Program-made: the position numbers and the translations under genes
Assembly: GCA_951406725.2 (NCBI GenBank)
Contig: OX597814.1
Coordinates: 89,280,001 to 89,344,000 of the forward strand
Reading direction: 5' to 3'
Length of the DNA: 64,000 bases
Source of the DNA: Octopus vulgaris
Lineage: Eukaryota
In this document: positions 12,653-22,959 of the stretch, piece by piece
Layout of the letters: every line of letters starts with the position of its first letter
Numbering within the stretch: the first letter of the stretch is position 1
Notes under the pieces: model-generated
Databases searched by the model: none
What the model was told of the DNA's origin: nothing
What the model saw: the letters and a program-made list of their open reading frames with translations, nothing else

Positions 12653-13554
12653 GTAACACTTGAATTTTTCTTTATTTTCAAATCTTTTCTTAGAAATAAG
12701 AATTTTTTCTATCTATTTTAAGTCAACACTTGCTACAGATTCCTACGTGACTAATAATGCTTGTAATCACTATCACTTATAGCTGTTCTCATTAGGTTGT
12801 ATAAGAGGAGTGGCATTAATGATGATGAAACGTATGTTGCACAACCAGTTTTATTTGCCAATCTACGAGTTCCTTTTATTTTTTTATATATTTTACAAGG
12901 TTGAGAGGGGACAGACTGTTAATATATTTTTTCATGATTAGAAAGTAGTGTTGTGAATCACTGATTAAATTAGGTTGTTATATTATTTTGAAAGTCTAAG
13001 GTTTAAAATTTTCTAATAAGTTAGTGGTAAGGCATTTCATAAATTTAGGACTGCATCATTTGATTAATTTTTACATATTAATAATGTTAACTGACAATGG
13101 GTAGAGTTTAATCCTTTAGCATTCAGATTACTCTGTCAAATGTAATGTTTATTTATTTACATTGTTTTGAATTAATCCTGCATTATCTTGTAGCTTTGCG
13201 ATTTTGATGGTATGATTGTATATTTTGAGAATGACATTTTAGGGTAGGTGTGAGAGGCAGGATCTGGCCAGTTTAAACATAAAATAAGTATATTTTGGCC
13301 AGATATGGCTGGTTTAAATGCTAAAGGGTTAAAACAGATTTGAAGAGCGAGTAACTCTTAAACCCAATTAACTAAAAGTATATGTTGGATTTAATAATCA
13401 AAAATTCTTTTATTTCAAAATATGTCTCTCTCTTGTTTTTGTACATTTTTTACTTTATTTTTCATTTCATTATTTTATTCCTTTAAACAAGATAATTTCA
13501 GTATAATCTGCTATTTATAATTAATCTATTTGCACTTAACAACCACACTCTGTT

Positions 13555-13800
13555 ATCATTACCATCATCATTTAACATCTGTTTTCTATGTTGGCTTAGG
13601 TGGGACTGTTTGACACAAGCTCTACTGTGACAAATTATACTGTCTGCTTTGGCATGGTTTCTACAGCTAGATGCCCTTCCTAATATCAACCACTTTACAG
13701 AGTGTATTGGGTGCTTTTTATGTGACACCAGCACCATGAGGTCACCAAATAACTTGCAAAACAAAGACCTGTCAGTCAACTGAGCAGGGATTAGTGTTGA
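13555..13800 (-). mobile_element. Decayed RTE 3'-end fragment; related copies 18953-19150, 44120-44340, 50430-50640, 52787-52950
   Basis: (CAT)n tail then TTTAAC.TC.GTTTTC.ATG and TTTCTACAGCT.GATGCCCTTCCTAA motif, as at the end of the RTE at 62883. Confidence 0.7.
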
Positions 13801-14137
13801 GGGAGAAAAGGCTTTGTGTCAAATGGTGAGAGATTAGAGTATGATAGAAGGACAAAAACAGGTTGTCTTGCAGTATAGGAGACACAAGGCTACTCCATTT
13901 GGAAAAGGAGAGTAAAGATGGAGATGTGTCAGTGCCGGGAGTTACCGGGAGGTGTATACAAGTGAAGGGGTAAACCCATGCTGACATGTGTTGAACAAGA
14001 TTTCTTGGGTGGTTATTCTTCAGCAACTCTTTCCAATACCAACCCTTATTTGTTTTCTAGTACTTTATTTTTCTAGTCTTCACATTTACACTGCTAAGTT
14101 GCAGGATATAAGAATATCCAAGCAGTATTAATGAGAA

Positions 14138-15560
14138 CTAGCAAGCGTACCTGGTGTTGCCCGGGTTTGTTAGTTCGAAAACGCTTTGAAACTAATAAAG
14201 CGATAAATACCTCCCTCCCTTAAACACCTATCATGCTTTATGGCAAGACTAACACCTAAGTAAAAATAAAGCAACAAAAATTTTAACAGCAATAACATAG
14301 GACTGAAATATAGCGCCAGTACAGCAAGTCTACAAAACTTCCTTATAAACAACATTTTTAGTTTTCCCTTGGTGGGGATGAAGGCATGTAAGCTGTTCCT
14401 ACAACCCACTCTTGAGCAGCCAACGTACAGTTGACCATGTGAAAAGCATGGTTCGGCTAAGTAAAGTCCAATGACAGACACCAACTGCCCCTGGAACTTA
14501 TTAATTGACATGGCATAACTGGGTCTCATTGGAAGCTGTACTCTGTAGAATGTGAACGGTAAGTCAGCAGCTGATGGCACAGGGGGGATTCAAGGTATGA
14601 AGATCTCTTGACCTTTACCACAGACGGTCATAATCATTGCTTCAATGTCATTGGGAAGTAATTTTGTGATAACAACATTGGTGGATTTAAATTCCTTATC
14701 AGCATAATAGGGCTACCCACTTTAAGAATAACAATATGTGAAGGTACACCTGAAGGCTCCAAGGAATCCAAAAATTCAGTGGGATAGTCAACTACCTCAT
14801 CCTGATTGGGAATGGTGTCTACTGACTTGTAGACTGTTGCATCCCCAGGCAAACACAGTAAGAGGCTGTTGTTGATTGCACTGACCGCAACGTTTTTAGG
14901 AGCCAAAATGGCTCTTTGGTAAAGCCAATCTAGATCTCTATTGTGGACTTCTAGGCCTGTGAAAGCCTGGTCCTGAAGACTCAGGATGGTACTGGCTATT
15001 GTGCAAATGTTACTTATGTCAACATCTTCATTTCTATCTTCTGGAACTTCACCACTGCCAAGAAGGTGAATGTCCCTCACAAAATCTTCTGACAATTGGT
15101 CCTCATGGAGGTGCACTCTCATGTTGGATTCTAACTTTAAAATAACAACATGACCCCATAGAGGGAAGACTTAAGACACGCCATTACTTCACCAGCCCTT
15201 GTGCCTTTTGTAATCACTGGCAAGGTTTGTCTAAAGTCCCCAGATAGCAAGACAGTGACACCCCCACCATCAGTTCGTGGCTTTCCTTTATGTCTCGCAA
15301 AGTTCTATGTAATGCCTCAAGGGCACCCTGGTCAGCTATTGTGCATTCATCCCAAACAATCAGGACATAAGAATATCCAAGCAGTATTGTGCAAGCAATT
15401 GCCTGTTGTCTGACATCTTCAAAATGTTGCAAACAGGCGTTGGTGAACTTGTGAGGTTAAGGGGAAGCTTAAACGTATAGTGTGTAGTCCTACTACCAGG
15501 GAGCAGAGTAGCAGCTATGCCTAAAGTTGCCACAGCTATTGCAATGCACTTTTGTAGCCT
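14138..15560 (-). mobile_element. Helitron 3' portion with disrupted PIF1-like helicase
   Basis: Motifs LIVWDECT, RAILAPKN, YPTEFLDSLEPSGVPSH.V.LKVGSPIMLIRNLNPP, YAMSINKFQGQ, FSHGQLYVGCSRV across broken frames; terminus CCCGGGCAACACCAGG..CTAG|T at 14138; left boundary in element approximate. Confidence 0.9.
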
Positions 15561-16136
15561 TACTCAATTGACTTTCAGCAACAATGATTTCTAGTTACTC
15601 TGGCTCAAAGTTTCCCTGTTATGCAACATAATAATGACACTATAAATGTGACCTGAAATGTTAATCAAGCACTTAATTCAATCTGTTACTTCTCTGTCTT
15701 AGGTCCCTTAGAACAAAACTAACCAGTAACATAGTTTTCTGGTGATTTAACATCTCACATGGGCAAATTATATATAATCACCAGTTTATGAAATAAACCT
15801 GCATTTTGTGAGGTTTTGATGCAGTCACAAGTAAATTGCTGGTGAAATGGAGTTGTTTAAATTTTAAAATGGGTTATACGATTGAGAACATTAATATTAA
15901 TGGAAATACTTAACAAAGAAAACAACCCTCTCATTAAAATACAGCAGTTTCAGTATAATTAAATTCTGATGAGAAGCACCATTTTAGTTGTCCTCTTACT
16001 AGTTGATAACTATAACACCATCCTATCATTTCCATTATAACACCTTTTGTTGATTTTTGCTTTTGTCAGTATTACAGTTTATTTTTTACCATCTTTCTTA
16101 ACCATCATTTTATTGTCCTCATTATTTCATCATCTT

Positions 16137-16356
16137 AAGACAGCAAGCTGGCAGAATCATTAGCATGCTGGATGAAATGCTTTGCAGTATTTTGACCATC
16201 GCTATGTTCTGAGTTCAAATTCTGCCAAAGTTGACTTTGCCTTACATCCTTTCAGGGTCGATAAATTAAGTACCAGTTGTGTACTGGGATCAATATAAAT
16301 GACTTAACTTCTCCTCAAAATTTTCAGGCTTCGTGCCTATAGTAGAAAGGATTATT
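16137..16356 (+). mobile_element. tRNA-derived SINE (Nin/Deu-like domain family)
   Basis: GCTGGCAGAATCATTAGC...GAGTTCAAATTC...TTGACTTTGCCTTACATCCTTTCAGGGTCGATAAATTAAGTACCAG. Confidence 0.85.
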
Positions 16357-16840
16357 TTATCGTCTTTGAATCATCAATTTCATTGTATTGCTATATTCCA
16401 TATTCAACGTGTTACTGTCTTCATGTTATGATGTTTCACTACTATCACATCACTGCTTTTTTTTTTTCTCTGCTGTACTAAAATCAAAATCCTCTTAAGC
16501 CATGACAAAGCTTATAACATCAAATTACCTCAGATGGAATAGAGAAAGGATTTTGGCTCAAGGCTATAACTAAACTAACTCTTCTATTAATGTATGCAAA
16601 TTTTTCTTGCCTATATAAACCACGAAGTCACTCAATTTCCAGTTAGTTTGGTATTCCCCAACACGATCGTTCTCTCATCTCATTTGCCTGGTGATGGGGC
16701 AGGGGTTATGTAGTGTCCTAGTTCAACACAATACTATCTCTTAACTCTTTGATTAACAGGCCAACACTTTATCTTCTCAGTCTTCACATCTGCATGCCAA
16801 ATGTTTTAATAAAATTTTAATTTCTCTTTCATTGTTTCAG

Positions 16841-17053
16841 ATATCTTTATGTAAACAGCCGGCCCTGGCCTAAAAATTGTAGCATTGAAAATCCACTAAC
16901 ACCACCTCCCATTGCCCAGGAGATTGATATCCATGTGATAGACTTGGTCCACATGAAGGAAATGGGCACCATGCACAGGTCCCATAAAGCATACACTCCA
17001 AATGATGAGTGTTTCTTTATTTTCCTTGATGTCTGTGATGAATTTGTTGCAAG
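16841..17053 (+). CDS. FBXW5: FBXW5 coding exon 5 (not in ORF track)
   Basis: TTTCAG|A acceptor; YLYVNSRPWPKNCSIENPLTPPPIAQEIDIHVIDL...HKAYTPNDECFFIFLDVCDEFVA; donor AG|GTAAGT; 213 nt, phase 2 to 2. Confidence 0.95.
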
Positions 17054-17185
17054 GTAAGTAAAGTATCAAACTTAAACCTGTTTTAAAGATTTTTGGGGGT
17101 TTTTTTTTTCTGTAACAAACACCACTGTGTTTTAATAGTGCTGCATGTGACTGACTGACTGACCAGTCTCATATTGTATTAACAT

Positions 17186-17389
17186 TCTTTTCTACTCTAG
17201 GCACAAAGGCCTGAAATTTTTTGGGAGTGGGGGGGGGGGGCTGTCAATTAGATCAACCTCAGTATGCAACTGGTACTTAATTTATCAACCCCGAAAGGAT
17301 GAAAGGCAAAGTTGACCTCGGTGGAATTTGAACTCAGAACGTAAAGACAGACACCCGGCATGCTAACGTTTCTGCCAGCTCGCCACCTT
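17186..17389 (-). mobile_element. tRNA-derived SINE, same family as 16137-16356 in opposite orientation
   Basis: CTGGTACTTAATTTATCAACCCCGAAAGGATGAAAGGCAAAGTTGACC...TTCTGCCAGCTCGCCACCT. Confidence 0.85.
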
Positions 17390-17733
17390 TTTATTAACAT
17401 TAAGCCATGTCTCTGCTAAAGAGATTTTTTTAGAATTGTTGGGATGGGTAATTTACAATTCAAAACTATTTGATTATAAAGCAGGAATATTATCTGCATA
17501 CTAATCTGTGTAGGTAGCAATATGTCTCTCCTTAGGACTTACTTCCTTGCAGTAGCAATAAGTGGTGAAGATATTTAAACACTCTACCAGCACATCTTTA
17601 TGGTTACTAATTCCTTTATTAAAGAACATTTTCTAATTGAGAAAGACATTTAATTTCAGACTTCCATTGGTTTTATAAATGTAGACCTTGAAAACATTCT
17701 CTGTTGTAGAAATGGCAGCTTATTCTTCTTTAA

Positions 17734-18810
17734 CCCTTTCGTTACTATATTTCTGACCAAATTACACCCCTTATGTGTTTCAATTAATTTCTAACGTAAT
17801 CATAAATTTAGTCTGGTTTCATTAAACAACTATAACTTTTTTATTTATCGATATATTAATCTGATTTTTGGAAGATAATTTAATGAAATATTCTCAACCA
17901 ATTCTATACCATAATTTTTGTCACAAAGTGACTCTATTTGCAGGTAGATACAGGTAAATTCCACAAAATATAAAATTATTAAAATTTTGTTCAAACATCG
18001 CTATAGAAAATGGGTTATTAGCTAATATTCAATTGGGTATACAACAGAATTTTACGATAGAATTTGTTATTCTGGGTAACTTTCTGATACCCATAATAAT
18101 ATTTATGGCAAAATAGTCTTAATTTCATTTAAGGTTATGGGAAACCACTAACTATCGTTTTGTTTATATTTAGCGTAACGGTTTGTTTTCGCCATAATGA
18201 TTTCAAATAGGCTCATTCGAAAAAGTAAAAAGAAATAGTCTAAGGCTTTACTCTTCTGGGACAGTCTGTGGCTTGGTGCAGTTTCTTCAGAAAAATCACC
18301 GAAAGAAACAGTTTTTAAATTTTCACTCCATTCAGGTGCCAATTCGTTTTCTTTATCGCTGTCGGAGCTCTCAGATTCACTGTTTTCACTTTCGGAAAAT
18401 GAAACATCAGATTCATTATCAAATACCATGTGCTTTTTTTTTTCAGTCATAGAGTTAGATTTATGAAGGTCTTCAGTAGAAAATCCTTCGAATTCTGACT
18501 CGCTGCTTGATATAATGAAATTCGTATCCATTTTTTGTCAGAATTACAAATTTTGAAAACACAATAGGAACAAATTTCGGAAAAAAATCTCCCAAAATTC
18601 ACGGAATTAAAATTACACTTCGATTATTGTACAAAACTGTAGTTGAACTGTTTACGAAGTATAATACGTGTTTTCACGAATGTACTGAAGAGATTTGCTC
18701 TGATATTCTCATTTAAATATGAATAGGTAAATTCGGGCGGCTTTGGGCGGTTTGGTTTCATAAACCAAAATTTTTTTCGGGCGGCTTTGGGCGATTTGGT
18801 AACGAAAGGG
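17734..18810 (-). mobile_element. Internally deleted piggyBac retaining transposase N-terminus (ORF 18531-18148)
   Basis: TTAA-CCCTTTCGTTAC ... GTAACGAAAGGG-TTAA; acidic Ser-rich N-terminus then ALDYFFLLF...EII.AKTNRYAK typical of PGBD transposases; subterminal repeat TTCGGGCGGCTTTGGGCG twice. Confidence 0.88.
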
Positions 18811-19417
18811 TTAAAATGTACAAAGACACAATTGTTACAAATCAAGCAAACATTCATCCTTCTCTATGTACGATGAGACACTAAAACCCTCAAAGCTGCT
18901 CCAAATTTTAGGCATTACAATCTCTAATGACACTCCATGACAACCTCATTGTTATCATCATCGTTTAATGTCCATTTTCCATGCTGGCATGGGTTGGACA
19001 GTTTGACAGGCACTGGCCAGCCAGGGAGGTATCCAAACTGCAGTTGTCCATCTTGGCATGGTTTCTACAGCTGGATGTCTTTTGTAATGCCAACCACTTT
19101 ATAGAGTGTGCTGGGTGCTGCTTACATGCCACAGGCATGAGTGCATGTTATGTGACACAGGCACCTGTGAAGGACATGCCTATATGTATATATGATTGAC
19201 CACAAACTTTACTTAGCTTGATGCATCTTAAGTACAGCAAATCACCACAACTCCTGGTCCCCTCATATATATATTATTACCAGAGCTGCATTCTAAAGAT
19301 TAAGTTGCTGCTACAGAGCTAGAACTAGTTCAGCCCAGGTCAGTTGCTGAAGTGTGATCCATGTTATTGTTCACATACCAAGGAAACCAAACTAAATCAA
19401 AATAGATGAACATCAAT

Positions 19418-19886
19418 GGAATTTGTATCCTTGTGGTACCAGTGCCGGTGGCACATAAGAAAACCATCCGAACGTGACCGTAGCCAGTACCGCAACGACT
19501 GGCCTCCGTGCTGAGGGCACGTAACAAACACCATCCGAGCGTGGCCGTCCGCCAGCCTCGTCTGGCACCTGTGTCGGTGACACATAAGAAAACACCATCC
19601 GAGCGTGGCCGTCAGCCAGCCTCGTCTGGCACCTGTGTCGGTGGCACATAAAAAACACCATCCAAGCGTGGCCGTCTGCCAGCCTCGTCTGGCACCTGTG
19701 TCGGTGGCACATAAAATCACCCACTACACTCTCGGAGTGGTTGGCGTTAGGAAGGGCATCCAGCTGTAGAAACACTGCCATATCTGACTGGCCTGGTGCA
19801 GCCTTCGGGCTTCCCAGACCCCAGTTGAACCGTCCAACCCATGCTAGCATGGAAAGCGGACGTTAAACGATGATGATGATGATGAT
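19418..19886 (+). mobile_element. RTE-type 3' UTR fragment with internal 63-67 bp tandem repeats and (GAT)n tail
   Basis: CCATCC-anchored units at 19464, 19531, 19595, 19658; ends GCATGGAAAGCGGACGTTAAAC(GAT)n like the RTE end at 62883. Confidence 0.8.
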
Positions 19887-20171
19887 TTCCAAAACATGAA
19901 TGACACCGTATTAACACCTTTAAAGTCATTACAAATGTTAAGTCTTACAATCTCTGATGCTCTCTCAAAACACTTATACACACACACTCATATATGTACT
20001 GACGTGACTGTGTGGTAAGAAACTTGCTTCTCAACCACATGATTCTGGGTTCAGTCCCACTGTGTAGCACCTTGAGCAAGTGCCTTCTCTAGCCTTGGGC
20101 CAACCAAAGCTTTGTGAGTGGATTAGGTTGATGGAAGCTGAAAGAAGCCTGTCGTGTATGTATGTATATAT

Positions 20172-20474
20172 CACCGTGACTAACCAGGCCATCAGATGTT
20201 GTTACACATCGCTGGTCACAATGCGCTTCGCATTGTTTTAGCCTTCAAATGACGCCACCCCGCTGGCTAAGCGAGCAGGCCAACAGAAGAATGAGTGAGA
20301 GAAAGTTGTGGCGAAAGAGTACAGCAGGGATCGCCACCACCCCCTGCCGGAGCCTCGTGGAGCTTTAGTTGTTTTCGCTCAATAAACACTCACAACGCCC
20401 GGTCTGGGAATCAAAACCGCGATCCTACGACCGTGAGTCCGCTGCCCTAACCACTAGGCCATTGCGCCTCCACA
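20172..20474 (-). mobile_element. Young tRNA-derived SINE (octopus OR-type head)
   Basis: Minus strand TGTGGAGGCGCAATGGCCTAGTGGTTAGGGCAGCGGACTC...GGTTTTGATTCCC with Pol III A/B-like boxes; CpG-rich. Confidence 0.85.
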
Positions 20475-20499
20475 TGTATGTGTGTATATATATATATAT

Positions 20500-20800
20500 A
20501 TATAATTTTAATCCAAACGGGAAACAAAAAAACAACAACAAGGGAACAATTACAGTATTATTATTAATAGGCGCTCAGGAAATGGAAGCAGGGAGGTATG
20601 ACGTTTCGAGCGGAGCTCTTCGTCGGAAACATAAAGAAGGAAGAGAGAGGAAAGAAAGATCCCGGAGCGGGCAACGGAGATAGAGAAAAAAACGGCTGGT
20701 GTTAGCAGAAGCACATGGTGAAAGGCGGATGTTTACGATAACAAGAGCAAAGTGGGTTTTTAAAGGCAAAAGAGTGGAGACAAGGTTGGTAACGCAACAG
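20500..20800 (-). mobile_element. Penelope-like terminal repeat fragment with hammerhead-like core
   Basis: Minus strand CCGACGA-AGAGC-TCC-GCTC-GAAAC-GTC at 20626-20600; inserted in a TA tract; boundaries approximate. Confidence 0.55.
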
Positions 20801-22063
20801 ATGTGTGTGTATGTGTGAGTGTGTGCGTGTGCGTGTGTGTATGTGTGTGTGTGAGGCGAGGTAAAAAAACAAAAAATATATGTATGTGTTAGTGTGTGCG
20901 TCTGTGTGTAGGCGTGTGAGGTAGGGCGAGACGGTGGTCAGCATAGCAGCAGCATAGCAGACAAAGGTCAGTAGTGAGAAAAGGGAGGAAGGAGGAAGGG
21001 AGGGAGGGGAAGGGGTGGGGGCGTATGTAGCGTGCCAGCGTGTGTTGAGTAGTAGTGTGTGTGTGTGTCCAGTGTCGTGGTAGTATTAGTGGCGAGTAGA
21101 TTGAATGTGTGTAAGAGTGATGTATATGTTTAAGCAATGTGTGTATATGTGTGCGCGTGTGTGTAACGAAAAAAAGGGGGGGTTTAGGAAAAGGACTCCA
21201 GCGGAGGGGAAGATGGAGGAGTGGTCCCGCGGAGACGGGCGTGGGAAAACCCAACGACAAGCGACATCCCAGGAACGGGCGGGAGGTCTCGTCGGATCCA
21301 AGGGCGAGGTGCGGGCGCATGCGTGCGCGAACCGGCGCAAACGCGTGTGTGCGCGAGCCTGCGAGTGTGCGCGTACGTATGTGTGCGTGTGGATGTGTGA
21401 GTGTGTCTGTGTGTATGTCTGGGTGGCAGTGTGTCCGATGAATGTATGTGAGTATGTGTGTATATATGTGTGTGCATAGATGTATGTCCGTGTGTGTGTG
21501 TGTGTGTGTATGTGTGTATGAGTGTGTATGTATGTACGTGTGGGTGTGGGGAAGTGTGTGTATGTGCATGTGTGTGCGCGAACATACAGGTGTGTGAGTG
21601 AGTGCGTGTGTGTGTATGTATGTGTGAGTGTGTATGTATGTGTGTGTAGGATGCATGTATGTGTATGGGTGTATGTATGCGTGTGTGTATGTATGTATGT
21701 GTACGTGCGTGTGTGTGTGTGTATGCGTGTAGGTGTGCGCGTGTGCATGCGTGCATGTATGTGCGTATGTGTGTGTGTGTGCATGTGTGTGGGTATATAT
21801 GTGTGTGCGTATATGTGTGTGTATGTGCGTACATGTGTGTGTGTGTGCATGTGTGTGTGTAGGTGTGTAGGCGTGTGTGTATAGGTGTATGTATGTAAGT
21901 ATGTATGGGTGTGTCCGTGTATGTGTGTATGTATGTGTGTGTATGTAGCTGTGTGGGCGTGTGTATATGTGTGTGTATGTAGGTGTGTAGGCGTGTGTAT
22001 ATAGGTGTATGTATGTATGTCTGGGTGTGTCCGTGCATGTTTGTGTGTGTGTGTATACAATTT
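20800..22063. repeat. ~1.3 kb degenerate (TG)n/(TATG)n microsatellite field
   Basis: Direct reading; source of the His/Thr and Cys/Val ORFs. Confidence 0.95.
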
Positions 22064-22670
22064 GTGTGTCTCTTTGTGTCTATATTTGTCCCATGCCACC
22101 ATTGCTTGACAACTGATGTTGGTGTGTTTATGTCCTCATAACCTAGTGGTTCAGTTAAAGAGACCCATAGAATAAGTACTAGGCTTACAAAGAATAAGTC
22201 CTGGGGGTTGATTTCTTTGACTAAAAACCCTTTAAGGCAGTACTGCAGCATGACTGCAATCTAATGACTGAAACAAGTATAGAAGAGAAGCCCATTGCAT
22301 TTGTGAGTGTGTACATGGTGGAAAGAAAAAAGAAAGTTGTTAGAGTTTTTTAAATTTAAATTATAAATTTTGTAGATGTCATAAGGATTTATAAACTTAC
22401 AAGAGAGCATGTAATGATCCTTTTTTTTTTTTTTTTTTGAACTGTGGATCTTAAGGCACAAAGCTATTACTGATAGTATGTGCTTATTTGGTTGAGAAAC
22501 CCATTTTGAACAGAGAAAGTCAAGCAGCCTTTGAGTTCCACTGTTTCAAGAATTAGGTTATAAATGTTTATATTTTTGATGTTATTAACATTTATAAACA
22601 ATGTAACTTTTATTTTTAATCAATTTTTGTTTCTTCTTTTATTGAATTTTATTTTATTTTATACTTTCAG

Positions 22671-22959
22671 TGGTGCTGAGGACAAGTTTGGTTATTTATG
22701 GGATAGACACTATGGTGTTTGCCTCCAAAAGTTCCCACACAAAGATGTAGTGAACTCTGTTGCATTTCATCCTAAAAATCCTGAGATGTTAGTAACTGTT
22801 AGTGATGACTACACCGTAAAAATCTGGCGTTCTCGTCATTTGGAAAAGCTTTGTAAACAGGAAATAGCTCAAAGAGCTAGCAATAACAAGGACCAAATAA
22901 CACCAGAGTTTGAATGTAATCTAACACAGACTGAACAGTTGAATTCAGAACCACATTGA
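22671..22959 (+). CDS. FBXW5: FBXW5 last coding exon
   Basis: TTTCAG|T acceptor completes AG-T (Ser); GAEDKFGYLWDRHYGVCLQKFPHKDVVNSVAFHPKNPEMLVTVSDDYTVKIWRS WD40; TGA at 22957-22959. Confidence 0.95.

Larger units (their letters stand above)
20003..22290 (+). mobile_element. tRNA-derived SINE split by nested insertions (head 20003-20155, tail ~22064-22290)
   Basis: Both halves align by eye with intact copy 38343-38741. Confidence 0.8.

Noticed and set aside
19450-19712. Regularly spaced repeats resembling a CRISPR array
   Set aside because: Whole units repeat with no unique spacers; inside a LINE tail in eukaryotic DNA; no cas genes
20395-20474. tRNA-like sequence (also at 34168 and 38343)
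   Set aside because: SINE heads continuing into shared SINE bodies; no convincing full cloverleaf
20889-22251. Long ORFs of 255-355 aa rich in His/Thr or Cys/Val
   Set aside because: Translations of the TG/CA microsatellite; open in several frames with no domain
22564-22670. Hydrophobic N-terminal extension of ORF 22564-22959
   Set aside because: T-rich intron and polypyrimidine tract before the acceptor at 22670
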